Virus record (IMG/VR): IMGVR_UViG_3300030012_001663
Coordinates: 1 to 64,000 of that record
DNA length: 64,000 nucleotides
Direction: 5' to 3' (one strand)
From: a virus
Below the pieces are notes generated by a model, which saw nothing but the letters and a program-made list of their open reading frames with translations, had not been told where the DNA came from and did not search any database. Position numbers and translations under genes: made by a program. This document shows, piece after piece, positions 26,190-35,399 of this stretch; positions within the stretch are counted from its first letter, which is position 1, and every line of letters begins with the position of its first letter.

Positions 26190-26795
26190 TTAAAGACTCA
26201 GCTCTCTATATAGTATTGAAAACTTCAAAGGTGAATCACCTTGTGAGACTGTAGTACCAGCTGTAGACACTATATTCAAAGCAGCGTTTGGTACAATAGC
26301 AGTGCCTCCAGTTAGTGGGTCTGAAATATTAAAATAATCATTAGTAGAGTTAAGTGTTGCATATGCAAAAAATTGACTACTGTTTAAATCAGTATTTCCT
26401 AATTTAAAGTTTACTCTTTCTCCTGACATAAAGTCACCGGCAAAGTTATATGCAACAGAATTAAAATCTATTTTGTAAACTACATTCATTATAGCATAGA
26501 CTTTATCTGCCCCTGGTGCTGGAAGAACTTCAATGCTTCCTCCATTATTTAAGGTAAGCACTTGTTCTGGTGTTATTACCACTGTTTTCTTTCTAAGATC
26601 ATCTGTTGCTGAAGAGCCTCCAAGCAAAGCTTTTAATTTAGAGAGTCTAACAATACGTAGTTCTGGCTTTTCTGCAGAATCAACACCTGGAGCTTTACCT
26701 TTATCTACACCTATTGGTATAAAGTCATTTAGTTTTGGAGCGCTAACAAATTTGTTACGCTTGAATAATCCTAATAAGTCTTGTAATAAGTTCAT
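26190..26795 (-). CDS. Virion fibre/appendage protein (shared N-terminal anchor)
   Basis: N-terminus MNLLQDLLGLFKRNK..NDFIPIG shared with three other late genes; beta-rich C-domain. Confidence 0.6.
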   Translation of the reverse strand: MNLLQDLLGLFKRNKFVSAPKLNDFIPIGVDKGKAPGVDSAEKPELRIVRLSKLKALLGGSSATDDLRKKTVVITPEQVLTLNNGGSIEVLPAPGADKVYAIMNVVYKIDFNSVAYNFAGDFMSGERVNFKLGNTDLNSSQFFAYATLNSTNDYFNISDPLTGGTAIVPNAALNIVSTAGTTVSQGDSPLKFSILYRELSL

Positions 26796-26815
26796 TTTAT
26801 TTTATTTTAATTTTA

Positions 26816-29800
26816 TTATACATCCGTAAATCCTAAATCTTGTAGTTTAGTTCTTACTAAGTTTTGATAGAATCCTGATGTTGTATTTTGTTGAGATATA
26901 CCATTTGTGTAACTTGAGCCAGTATATCCTTCAAATTCTATCTTTCTTGGATTACCTGGTGATGGTTCAACTTTTAATTCCGCATCAGTCCAGCCTCCAC
27001 TACCACCAACAAAGTTAGAAGCAGCTACACCATCACGTAAACCTTTAGATATAAAAACAGCATCATCTGCATTACCAGTTGCTTTATCAGAAGCTGCAAA
27101 GAAACAACCAACAGCATTTACAGCAGTTGGTGTACCATTCATTGTAGCATTTGGGCCATAAGTAATCCAGTCTTTAAGATTATTAATATCATCTAGTAAA
27201 AAGCCTGCACCACCAGTATTTCTAGCATATGGAGCATTTGTCCCTATATCATAACCGCCAGCTGATGTGCTTACTTCATCACCCCAAGCTAAAGTACATA
27301 TAGTAGTTGCTCCTTCAAATATTCCTCCCGTACTAATACTAGAATTAAATTCTGCTTGGCTATCTTGATAACCATAGTTGTATAAACCACGGAACCAGTC
27401 TTCTCCATTCGGACCACCTGAAAGAGCTGGACCATTCATGAATCCAAACTTAACGTGTGTATTATATCTATTTTGACCATTAGTTGCTGGGTTAGGTGTA
27501 ACACCAGCTGCAATTTCTTCAGCTAAAGTGTCACCTACAGCATAAAAATCTTGGAATAAAGATCTAAGGTTATTTGGATTTAGATAATCTGCACGGGCAA
27601 GATCATCACTTATACTTAATAATATATAATCACCTGCAAAGATCTCAAGGCTGACATCTATATTTGTAGTTAAAACATTTTGCGTTCTACCAGTTATAGT
27701 GCAATCTATACCTCCACTTGAAACAGTTGTTAATGCACCAGTGGTTGGATGTATTTTTTGTACTGTTGCAAGATCTGTTACACCAGATGGATTCGTATCT
27801 GGAAGTGTGAAATGAGCATCACCACCAACTTGATTATTACCAGCTACATATGCATCTATATCATTTATAAAGAAGCTTTCTGAAGTGTTTGTTGCAGACT
27901 GACAACTAATTTGACCATTAGTTGTCACATTAGTTACTTGTACTATTGCTTGTCCAATACTAACTTGACGTGCTAAAGTCTCTGCTAAGTCTACCATAGA
28001 TCCTGAATTATCTATCCAGAATGCAAAGTATGTATCTTTATCTGGAACAATACCAGCTATTTGGAATTGCTGAATACCTGTTAGCCCATCTGGGTCAGTT
28101 GCTGTAAGTGTAACAGTAAATGTACCTGCTGTTACTGGATATGTACCAGCAAGAGTTCCTGTACCATCACCATTATCTGTAAATGTTAACCATGTAGCTG
28201 CAGCTCCATTAGCATCAACCAAAGTCATGGTTAAAGTAAGCTCATTAGGAGCATGATCTGGATCTGCTACAGTCCAGTTATATGTAGCTAAGGCAGTACC
28301 ACCTACAGGATTTGACCATGCATTAGCACCGTAACTACTATCAGTTGGATCTGTTGAAGTCCAAACAGGCGCTTCTGGTACAGAGTTTACAAGTATAGTT
28401 ATAGTTGCTGTATTACTATCACAGTATCCATCATTCACTTTATAAGTAAAGAAATCAGGTTGTGTAGCATCATTATAATAATTTGCATTAGGTGTATATG
28501 TATATGCTCCTGTAGCTGCATTAAAATTGCTTATTGTTCCATTATTTGGACCACCAACTATAGTAAATGTGTTACCATATCCACCATAACCATCATCATT
28601 AGTTATAAGCGTACCATTGAAAGCTGTATCTTCATCTGTTGTAATAGTTGCATTATTAACTACTGGGCAAACATTAGCTGAGAATAATTTACAGCAAGAG
28701 TCCCAATATAGAACTGCACTGTTTGCTGAAGCTTGTCTGTATGCATAACTAAATTTAAGTGACTCACCAAATTTAAGATCAGAAGTTTGATAACCTCTGC
28801 TACCAGATGGTCCATAATTCTGCCAACTAACTCTATGTGAAACTCCTATGCTATCTAGATTGGCATTTATGAATGTATAATCAGGGAATATAACAGCTGC
28901 ATCAGCTAAGAAGGTACCTGACTTTACATTTTCTGCAACAACTACACCTCTATCACCATCAACAATATGATTCATACCTGATACTGTAGCATTAGCATGT
29001 GTTGTATCATCAACTGCAATATATGCATTTTTAAATTGTCCACCTGTCCATCCTACTGCATTACCCATTGCAATTGTATCAAAACCAACTGCAGGGATAA
29101 TAGTAGACGCATCTCTAAATTTAACTTCATTATCATTTCCTGTATCTCTTACAAGTATCTCAGTAAGAGTATCGTCTTGTGAAACGCTGTCTAATTTTGC
29201 CACACCAGTAACTTCCAATATGCCTTCAACAGTAACTTTAGTTGCTGGAGTATTTACATCTCCATCTTGCACTAAAATAGAATCACCTAGTTCATCATCA
29301 CTTGGTGTCCATAAAGGTAAACGGTATACAGTTCCTTGACCTGTTACAATATCTAATGAGTCTAGAGTTTGCCACTGAGGAACAACACCATCAGATACTA
29401 ATATAGAATTAGCTGGAGATATAGGTAACTCAACCTTTAAGTTATTTGAATCACCATACCATATTGCACCATATGTAAGTGTTTCTACAATATCATCATT
29501 ACCCCATAGTACAGTACCATCAGCTTGCCCAATAAGAACTTGGTTTGCTTGACCTGTATTACCTGCTGCATCTACAATAGCTCCATTAACATAAATACTA
29601 TCACTAGGAGCTTTTCCTAATTCAATATCACCATGTAAATGTGAGCTTGGTCCATCTACCAATAGCACTGAACCATCAAATGTAAAGTTAGCATCGTCCT
29701 CTAATTCACCATTTGGTCCTACAATTACTACTCTATTATCTGTTAAGTCTTCTACATTTACACTAGCAAGAGTTGATTGTCCATCAACATCTAGAGTTCC

Positions 29801-30328
29801 AACAATCTGAGTATCACCTGAACTCACTTGTACAGTGAAGTTTCCTTGGCCTATATTAAATTCTGTTCCGTCAAAAGTAAAATTAGCATCATCTTCAAGC
29901 TCACCGTTAGTACCTACTATAACTATGCGGTCTTCTGTAAGGTCTAAGATATTTGCTGAGCCTGCAGTAAGTTGTAAGTCTACAACAAGGTTACCGTTGT
30001 TGACTGTAATAGTATTACCAGCTTGTGTCATTATGGAATCCATAAGAGTGTCCCATGCACATGATCCTTCAGGATCTGTATACACAGGTATAAATCCAGG
30101 ATTTCCTGAGCCAGGTTGAGTACGTGTAAGATCTTCTGTTATTTCACAGACTAAGTCTCCAAAATTAACAACAAAGGGTTCCATCCTTGGCTGATAAGTT
30201 GGACCTTTACTAAGTGAACTAGTCTGATATCTCTTACCAAACTCAAAGAAGTCACGGACCTTGTCCATCTTCTTCTTTCTTTTCCCTCTTTGTAAGAGGT
30301 TTAATACCTCCTGAATATATATACTCAT
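26816..30328 (-). CDS. Large tail fibre/adhesin with Ig/cadherin-like repeats and a VWA-like domain
   Basis: Shared N-anchor; duplicated DLT.DR.VIVG.NGELEDDANFTFDG; YTYTPNANY..FTYKVNDG; FTVTLTATD; FWIDNSGSM. Confidence 0.75.
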   Translation of the reverse strand: MSIYIQEVLNLLQRGKRKKKMDKVRDFFEFGKRYQTSSLSKGPTYQPRMEPFVVNFGDLVCEITEDLTRTQPGSGNPGFIPVYTDPEGSCAWDTLMDSIMTQAGNTITVNNGNLVVDLQLTAGSANILDLTEDRIVIVGTNGELEDDANFTFDGTEFNIGQGNFTVQVSSGDTQIVGTLDVDGQSTLASVNVEDLTDNRVVIVGPNGELEDDANFTFDGSVLLVDGPSSHLHGDIELGKAPSDSIYVNGAIVDAAGNTGQANQVLIGQADGTVLWGNDDIVETLTYGAIWYGDSNNLKVELPISPANSILVSDGVVPQWQTLDSLDIVTGQGTVYRLPLWTPSDDELGDSILVQDGDVNTPATKVTVEGILEVTGVAKLDSVSQDDTLTEILVRDTGNDNEVKFRDASTIIPAVGFDTIAMGNAVGWTGGQFKNAYIAVDDTTHANATVSGMNHIVDGDRGVVVAENVKSGTFLADAAVIFPDYTFINANLDSIGVSHRVSWQNYGPSGSRGYQTSDLKFGESLKFSYAYRQASANSAVLYWDSCCKLFSANVCPVVNNATITTDEDTAFNGTLITNDDGYGGYGNTFTIVGGPNNGTISNFNAATGAYTYTPNANYYNDATQPDFFTYKVNDGYCDSNTATITILVNSVPEAPVWTSTDPTDSSYGANAWSNPVGGTALATYNWTVADPDHAPNELTLTMTLVDANGAAATWLTFTDNGDGTGTLAGTYPVTAGTFTVTLTATDPDGLTGIQQFQIAGIVPDKDTYFAFWIDNSGSMVDLAETLARQVSIGQAIVQVTNVTTNGQISCQSATNTSESFFINDIDAYVAGNNQVGGDAHFTLPDTNPSGVTDLATVQKIHPTTGALTTVSSGGIDCTITGRTQNVLTTNIDVSLEIFAGDYILLSISDDLARADYLNPNNLRSLFQDFYAVGDTLAEEIAAGVTPNPATNGQNRYNTHVKFGFMNGPALSGGPNGEDWFRGLYNYGYQDSQAEFNSSISTGGIFEGATTICTLAWGDEVSTSAGGYDIGTNAPYARNTGGAGFLLDDINNLKDWITYGPNATMNGTPTAVNAVGCFFAASDKATGNADDAVFISKGLRDGVAASNFVGGSGGWTDAELKVEPSPGNPRKIEFEGYTGSSYTNGISQQNTTSGFYQNLVRTKLQDLGFTDV
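29674..29948 (-). repeat. Internal ~29-aa duplication in the fibre gene
   Basis: NILDLTEDRIVIVGTNGELEDDANFTFDG vs NVEDLTDNRVVIVGPNGELEDDANFTFDG. Confidence 0.85.
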
Positions 30329-30339
30329 CTTATTTTATT

Positions 30340-30627
30340 TTACCATTTTACTTTATGTGACCAATATCTTGCTGATAGCTTTGAAGGTTTAGAATCTTGT
30401 GCATTATGTCTTGCATAGTATGACTTTTTTCTAGCCTTATCTTTAGCTGACTTAGGGTTTTTACCTGCACCTCTTACACCTTGCTGACCAAAACGTATAG
30501 TCTTTACTTTATCACCAACCTTAGCAACCACAACATGTGATTTAGTTTTATGATTAGGTGTGCGCTTTGGTTTATTATAACCTGACACTCCTGCTCTTGC
30601 TAATCTTGGGTCTCTCTTCTTTGCCAT
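30340..30627 (-). CDS. Small Lys/Arg-rich protein (DUF5754-like)
   Basis: YNKPKRTP.H..KSHVV..KTIRFGQQG..ARH..SARYWS. Confidence 0.75.
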   Translation of the reverse strand: MAKKRDPRLARAGVSGYNKPKRTPNHKTKSHVVVAKVGDKVKTIRFGQQGVRGAGKNPKSAKDKARKKSYYARHNAQDSKPSKLSARYWSHKVKW

Positions 30628-30631
30628 CTTC

Positions 30632-32344
30632 TTATGGGACCTGTGTTGATCCAGTTGTTAATGTTGTGTTTGTTGTATAATATGTCATAGAACCAAATAT
30701 TCTAAAATAACTTCCATTATTAAAATCACCTGCATACAAGTTTTGTAAACCAAAGTAACTTGTAATACCTGGGTGTTGTTTCATTGGCTGTAATCTTAAT
30801 GAACCTATTACAGCTGGGTCATTAGTAGTAGTACTTATACTGCATGATTTAACTTCATGGTCAAAACCATCAACAAAATCAAGGAAAGGAGATTGAAGAG
30901 TTGCTCCTGCACCTTGGGCATCAAAAGGCCAACCATGTATATATAATGCAGATGTGCTTCCAGAATTCCCTGATATAGCTGTTGCTAATACTTGAATAGT
31001 AAAATCACAATAAACCAAATTACCATGTCTAACCCAGTGACCTTGTTGTATTTGATAACTAGATATATTAAACTCTGTTGCAACTGTAGCACTTACTCTA
31101 GGAGTCCAGCTACCTCTTGTTTCTACTAGACCTTGAAAGCCTGTAAATTCATTCCATGTTATAGTATCTGTAAATGTATTTATATAATCTGCAAGGGTTA
31201 TTGTTGCTTGATAAGTAGCACTTTCTGCCTCTACCCATACAATCTGTCCATCTGATATTAGAGTATCACTAATATTATTTAAATCAGCAAGGGTAGCTAC
31301 ATTATAGAATGCCCCTTTTATATCTTCAATATCAAGTGTTTGATTTGAACCTGAAAGGCTAGACAAATTAACTGATCCACTAAAACCACCTTCAGCACCT
31401 GCTGTACTTGTAAATTCAAGATTTGATCCGTTTAATGCAACATTAGTTATACCTAACCAACTAGGCATTTGTAATGCACGTGATTGAAATCCAGTTACGT
31501 GACCAAATTGATCAAGCTTAAGACCATTATTATTATTATTTGGATCCTGTCCAACAAGTAATTGAGGATCAATTGTATTACCATAACTTAAAGTTATAGC
31601 TGAACCAGCCGAAGTACCTGTAGCAGTAGGTGTACCATGATCAATAGTACCACCTGATACAGTAATTAGATTACCACCTGTTAGTGTTGTACCACCAGCT
31701 GCTGTCTCAATTATATTACCATCTGTATCTACAGATAAATTATAAGTTGCTGTACCTGTCTTATTACCTTGACCATAGTCAACAAGCTTTACATTCTTAT
31801 GAATATCTACTATTTCTGCACCTGCTGTTGTTTTAATTTCAATTACTGGGTTATTACCAGCAGCACCAAGTCTTATACCAGCACCTGAATAATTATATAC
31901 AAATGCAAATCCATCTCCATCATCATCCCAACCAAAACTTGCTTTGAAGTTATTATCTTGTTTAATCAAAAATTCAGGATCACCTCCTGTAACTGAGCTA
32001 GGTTTGTTTATAAAGAACCTATCACAGTTATTAAATCTCATTTGATACATACCGTTACTTAGTGGTGGTGATTGAGATAATTGACTATTCTCAATACTAT
32101 CTCCACTTGCAGTAAACATAGGGATAGTTCTTTCAGAACCTGAGCCAGATATTTCTCCTACATCAAAGTAGGCTTTTAAATCTTTTAATCTAATGAGTTC
32201 ATTATGCATCTTAGGAGCCGTGAACATCATATCAACATCTAGCTTAGGTGTCTTACCTAAAACAAGAAAGTCCTGATCTTCACCAGTTTTTGTAACCTTT
32301 TTACGGGTTAACAGACCCATCATGTCTAATAACATATTTCCCAT
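30632..32344 (-). CDS. Tail fibre protein (shared N-terminal anchor)
   Basis: Shared N-motif; G/T-rich fibre repeats (LDQFGHVTG); C-terminal GSWTP..GHWVRHGNLV..GWPF receptor-binding-type domain. Confidence 0.75.
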   Translation of the reverse strand: MGNMLLDMMGLLTRKKVTKTGEDQDFLVLGKTPKLDVDMMFTAPKMHNELIRLKDLKAYFDVGEISGSGSERTIPMFTASGDSIENSQLSQSPPLSNGMYQMRFNNCDRFFINKPSSVTGGDPEFLIKQDNNFKASFGWDDDGDGFAFVYNYSGAGIRLGAAGNNPVIEIKTTAGAEIVDIHKNVKLVDYGQGNKTGTATYNLSVDTDGNIIETAAGGTTLTGGNLITVSGGTIDHGTPTATGTSAGSAITLSYGNTIDPQLLVGQDPNNNNNGLKLDQFGHVTGFQSRALQMPSWLGITNVALNGSNLEFTSTAGAEGGFSGSVNLSSLSGSNQTLDIEDIKGAFYNVATLADLNNISDTLISDGQIVWVEAESATYQATITLADYINTFTDTITWNEFTGFQGLVETRGSWTPRVSATVATEFNISSYQIQQGHWVRHGNLVYCDFTIQVLATAISGNSGSTSALYIHGWPFDAQGAGATLQSPFLDFVDGFDHEVKSCSISTTTNDPAVIGSLRLQPMKQHPGITSYFGLQNLYAGDFNNGSYFRIFGSMTYYTTNTTLTTGSTQVP

Positions 32345-32586
32345 TATCTTTTCTTTCCTTTATGTAAACCATGCTTAGCATGTTGTTTACCTTTTTTAGT
32401 TGCTGCTCTTTTCTTTTTATTTGCTGCAGCTAGCTTAGCTCTACCTTTCTTAGTGCTTTTTAGCCTAGATATAGTTTTAGCAGGAGCATATACTTCTCCT
32501 GTCTCAGAACTCTTTTTACCAGATGCGGTTCTCCACTTCTGTTTTGTCCATCTATCTAAGCTCTTTTGTCTAGCTGTTTTAGCCAT
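32344..32586 (-). CDS. Small basic protein, C-terminal half of DUF5872-like family
   Basis: QKSLDRWTKQKWRT.SGK....GEVYAP. Confidence 0.7.
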   Translation of the reverse strand: MAKTARQKSLDRWTKQKWRTASGKKSSETGEVYAPAKTISRLKSTKKGRAKLAAANKKKRAATKKGKQHAKHGLHKGKKR

Positions 32587-32588
32587 AA

Positions 32589-32723
32589 CTACTCACTTTG
32601 TGCTGCAGCATGTGAGCCATCACAATTTCCTTCAGGATCTTGTGTGTTTCCACATACGCAGGGATTAATTCCATTATTCATTGCTATGTACATTTGTATA
32701 CCTTCGTTTAACCAGTGATTCAT
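32589..32723 (-). CDS. Minimal CDGSH iron-sulfur domain protein
   Basis: CVCGNTQDPEGNCDGSH; ATG 32723. Confidence 0.75.
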   Translation of the reverse strand: MNHWLNEGIQMYIAMNNGINPCVCGNTQDPEGNCDGSHAAAQSE

Positions 32724-32727
32724 AATT

Positions 32728-33183
32728 TTACTTCTTAATAGTTTGAAACTTTTCAAATCCACGTGATCCAAAATAAGCCACGTAAATAGTAACAAGGAGT
32801 GTCTTGAGTAATTCTACCCAACTCTCATCTATATCAAAAGCAATATCAAGTGAGTCTAATACAATATAAAGAGATGTAATAACAGTAAGATATATTAGTG
32901 TCATTGGTCTAGTATTCTTACTTAACCAAGAATCAGATTTCATATCTGAGTCCCAACGCTTGCTTACTTCTTGCATCTCAATCATATCAAGCTCTAAAAG
33001 CTTCATTGCTTTTTCTTTATCTTCTGGTGTTAGTGAGGGCTCATTATCAATTAAACCTTTTACTACACCTAATACACCTGCGTCAGGTAAAACATCTCCA
33101 ACTACACCTAATATACTAGGTACTTTATCAGTTAGAAACTTACCAACCTTGGTATCTTTAAATTTTTTCTTAGGTTTTGACAT
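32728..33183 (-). CDS. Holin-like membrane protein (GTA/3TM type)
   Basis: RWDSDMKSDSWLSKNTRPMTL..TM..TM..AYFGSRGFEK. Confidence 0.7.
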   Translation of the reverse strand: MSKPKKKFKDTKVGKFLTDKVPSILGVVGDVLPDAGVLGVVKGLIDNEPSLTPEDKEKAMKLLELDMIEMQEVSKRWDSDMKSDSWLSKNTRPMTLIYLTVITSLYIVLDSLDIAFDIDESWVELLKTLLVTIYVAYFGSRGFEKFQTIKK

Positions 33184-33380
33184 TATTTCTTTTTTCCTCT
33201 ATAACCTCCACCGGCTGCTTTATATGCTTTTGCAAGCATTTGAGCTTTACGTGCTGACCACTGACCTGGTCTTCCACCTTTGCTACCCGCTTTGATTCTA
33301 TTAAACAATCTTTTACGCATTGTAGGCTTTGTATAATTACCTGATGCGTTTACTGTACTTTTTTTCTTTTTTGCTGGCAT
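33183..33380 (-). CDS. Small basic protein, N-terminal half of DUF5872-like family
   Basis: YTKPTMRKRLF..IKAGSKGGRPGQWSARKAQMLAKAYKAAGGGY; ATG 33380. Confidence 0.75.
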   Translation of the reverse strand: MPAKKKKSTVNASGNYTKPTMRKRLFNRIKAGSKGGRPGQWSARKAQMLAKAYKAAGGGYRGKKK

Positions 33381-33399
33381 AATTATTCTTTTATAACAT

Positions 33400-33633
33400 T
33401 TACTTGCTATGTCTCTTCTGTACTTTAAAGTTAGCAACTAAGGATGCTCCCTTGTGAGGTACAAACTTTCCAGAGTGCTTCATAAGTCTAAAACCAGATC
33501 CACTTTTCATCCAATGGAATCCTGCTGGAGCTTTTACCCCTTTAGTTCCAGTTGAACCACCTTTTTTATAGTTTACAACGCTTTTAGGCATTGTTCCTTT
33601 TTTCTTTGCTGCTTTTATTTTTTTTGCTGGCAT
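33400..33633 (-). CDS. Small Lys-rich protein
   Basis: MPAKKIKAAKKKG..KAPAGFHWMKSG..LMKH. Confidence 0.7.
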   Translation of the reverse strand: MPAKKIKAAKKKGTMPKSVVNYKKGGSTGTKGVKAPAGFHWMKSGSGFRLMKHSGKFVPHKGASLVANFKVQKRHSK

Positions 33634-33643
33634 ATCTATAATT

Positions 33644-34249
33644 TTATATTGCTTCTGTTCCTAGTGTTCCATCATTAGCTACAGTCAATTTATATACTGT
33701 ACCGTTTGGTGATGATAACCTAACTTCAGTTGCAGGTCCTATTGTAATTTGATGCGTATTGTTTGAAACAGTTACGCCATCTCCCTTTAATGATTTAAAT
33801 TGTAAAGTCTCTCCACTCTTTTGAGCAAACACTCCTGAGCCATCACCAACTGATTGACCCCATAGGTTTTCACCAGTATTAGGCTCACCTAAAGTGTTAA
33901 TCTCTAAGAAGTCTCCGTTCTCAGCTACACTAAGATTCAGAGATAAAGACTTTAACTTTCTCAAATTTACTGTACAGTCTTCTGTCTCAGGATCAATTAC
34001 TGTATCTTTATAGACACCTGCTGTACTAGTAAGGTTTCCTGTTGGTACATTTACAAATGTGCATACATCTGCAGGTACCTTTAAATCAGAAACCTTTATA
34101 AGCTTAACTGACTTATATGGAATAGGAGAAGCAACACCGGTCATATCAGGCTTCTCATGTATACCAATAGGTATAACATCATTAGACTTAGCCTTCTTAA
34201 TCAGCTTACCTCTCTTTAATAAACTTAATACGTCAGTAAGAATATTCAT
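33644..34249 (-). CDS. Fibre/appendage protein (shared N-terminal anchor)
   Basis: ATG 34249 gives MNILTDVLSLLKRGK..NDVIPIG; fibre motifs GVFAQKSGETLQFKSL and LSSPNGTVYKLTVANDGTL. Confidence 0.7.
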   Translation of the reverse strand: MNILTDVLSLLKRGKLIKKAKSNDVIPIGIHEKPDMTGVASPIPYKSVKLIKVSDLKVPADVCTFVNVPTGNLTSTAGVYKDTVIDPETEDCTVNLRKLKSLSLNLSVAENGDFLEINTLGEPNTGENLWGQSVGDGSGVFAQKSGETLQFKSLKGDGVTVSNNTHQITIGPATEVRLSSPNGTVYKLTVANDGTLGTEAI

Positions 34250-34250
34250 T

Positions 34251-34502
34251 TTATTTCTTTTTAGATGCTGTCCATCCACCCATTTTATATGCCTGCATTC
34301 TCTTCTTAGAACCACCGTCACCGTAAACATATCTTTTTGTCTCAGATCCGTTTCTCATTTTTTGTTCCATGTTGTCAGCCATATCCATAGATGCACCACC
34401 ATAAGTCATCTTATTTAAAAGAGACTCACCACCGTTTTTCTTATAGCCCATTGCTTTTAGTTTATTAAACAAAGCTTGAGCGCCTTTCTTTTTTTCAGCC
34501 AT
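34251..34502 (-). CDS. Small basic protein with (Y/M)xxGG repeats
   Basis: YKKNGG, MTYGG, YGDGG, YKMGG; low complexity. Confidence 0.65.
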   Translation of the reverse strand: MAEKKKGAQALFNKLKAMGYKKNGGESLLNKMTYGGASMDMADNMEQKMRNGSETKRYVYGDGGSKKRMQAYKMGGWTASKKK

Positions 34503-34503
34503 T

Positions 34504-34650
34504 TTATTCAATATTTAATGTTAATGTACATACTAATAAAAACAACCTTGCGGTTGTAAATGCATGCTTCTCATCAGGAAGAAAAAACTCCCATCCTAGA
34601 GCACACCTTTCATGAGGCCAATGAAAGGCTATTTCTAAATCCCAATTCAT
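34504..34650 (-). CDS. 48-aa beta-rich mini-protein (not in ORF track)
   Basis: MNWDLEIAFHWPHERCALGWEFFLPDEKHAFTTARLFLLVCTLTLNIE; coupled to both neighbours. Confidence 0.6.
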   Translation of the reverse strand: MNWDLEIAFHWPHERCALGWEFFLPDEKHAFTTARLFLLVCTLTLNIE

Positions 34651-34781
34651 CTTCCTTGACCTCTATATTTCTTTTTGTAGTTCTTACTAAGCTTATTAAC
34701 TGATGTCTTTGTCTTAGCATGAACTCCTGGTCTCTTTTTCTTAGCGGGCTTAACGTAAGCTTTTAGTACTAATCTAGCCAT
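34647..34781 (-). CDS. 44-aa Lys/Arg-rich protein (not in ORF track)
   Basis: MARLVLKAYVKPAKKKRPGVHAKTKTSVNKLSKNYKKKYRGQGR; TAATG and ATGA overlaps. Confidence 0.7.
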   Translation of the reverse strand: MARLVLKAYVKPAKKKRPGVHAKTKTSVNKLSKNYKKKYRGQGR

Positions 34782-35029
34782 TACTTTTTCTTTCTTGGTC
34801 TACCTCTACGTTTTTTACCCTTAGCAGCATCTACTACATCACCAGCTTGATCAGCTACTTCTGAGATAGCATCTGCTACATCTTTCATTTCTTCTTTAAC
34901 CCTCTTCACTCTTTGCTTAGTTGCTTTTACAACAGCAGTGGCTCTCTCATCAACTGTAGTCTTTGACCAGACCCAGTCCCATGCACTCTTTACAGAGGAT
35001 TTAATTTGGTTTAATACTTTTTTAAACAT
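34781..35029 (-). CDS. Small amphipathic/basic protein with AT-hook-like tail
   Basis: Ends KGKKRRGRPRKKK. Confidence 0.65.
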   Translation of the reverse strand: MFKKVLNQIKSSVKSAWDWVWSKTTVDERATAVVKATKQRVKRVKEEMKDVADAISEVADQAGDVVDAAKGKKRRGRPRKKK

Positions 35030-35041
35030 TTTGTTTTATTT

Positions 35042-35083
35042 TGGTTATATACTAAATATACAAAAATTCAATCTTTTATCCAA
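35042..35083 (-). promoter_or_regulatory. Promoter of the late small-protein/fibre operon (TTG-N20-TATATTTA)
   Basis: - strand TTTGTATATTTAGTATATAACCA; near-identical to 38858-38880. Confidence 0.55.
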
Positions 35084-35084
35084 T

Positions 35085-35399
35085 TTATACATTTTTAAGT
35101 CTATCATTCTCTTTTTCTAAGAACTCAACTTTTACAGTTAACTCGCCAACTTCCTTTGTTAAGCTAAGTATCTGTGCTCTCATAAGATCTTTTTCTTCTG
35201 AGCTGTCTTGTAATAATTTTTCAAGTCGTTTGACTCTTTCTCTAAGATCGTCTCTGTACATGTTTTGATCATTAATTTCTCTTTCTTCTGCCCTTGCTTT
35301 GTTGCTGATGTATCTTTCGTAAAATCTCCAAGCGCCAGCTGAAAACAAAACACCTATGAGTGTTACTACTACTGTCGTAATATTATCTAAGTTCTGCAT
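35085..35399 (-). CDS. N-terminal TM plus coiled-coil protein (possible lysis accessory)
   Basis: One TM helix followed by heptad repeats. Confidence 0.6.
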   Translation of the reverse strand: MQNLDNITTVVVTLIGVLFSAGAWRFYERYISNKARAEEREINDQNMYRDDLRERVKRLEKLLQDSSEEKDLMRAQILSLTKEVGELTVKVEFLEKENDRLKNV

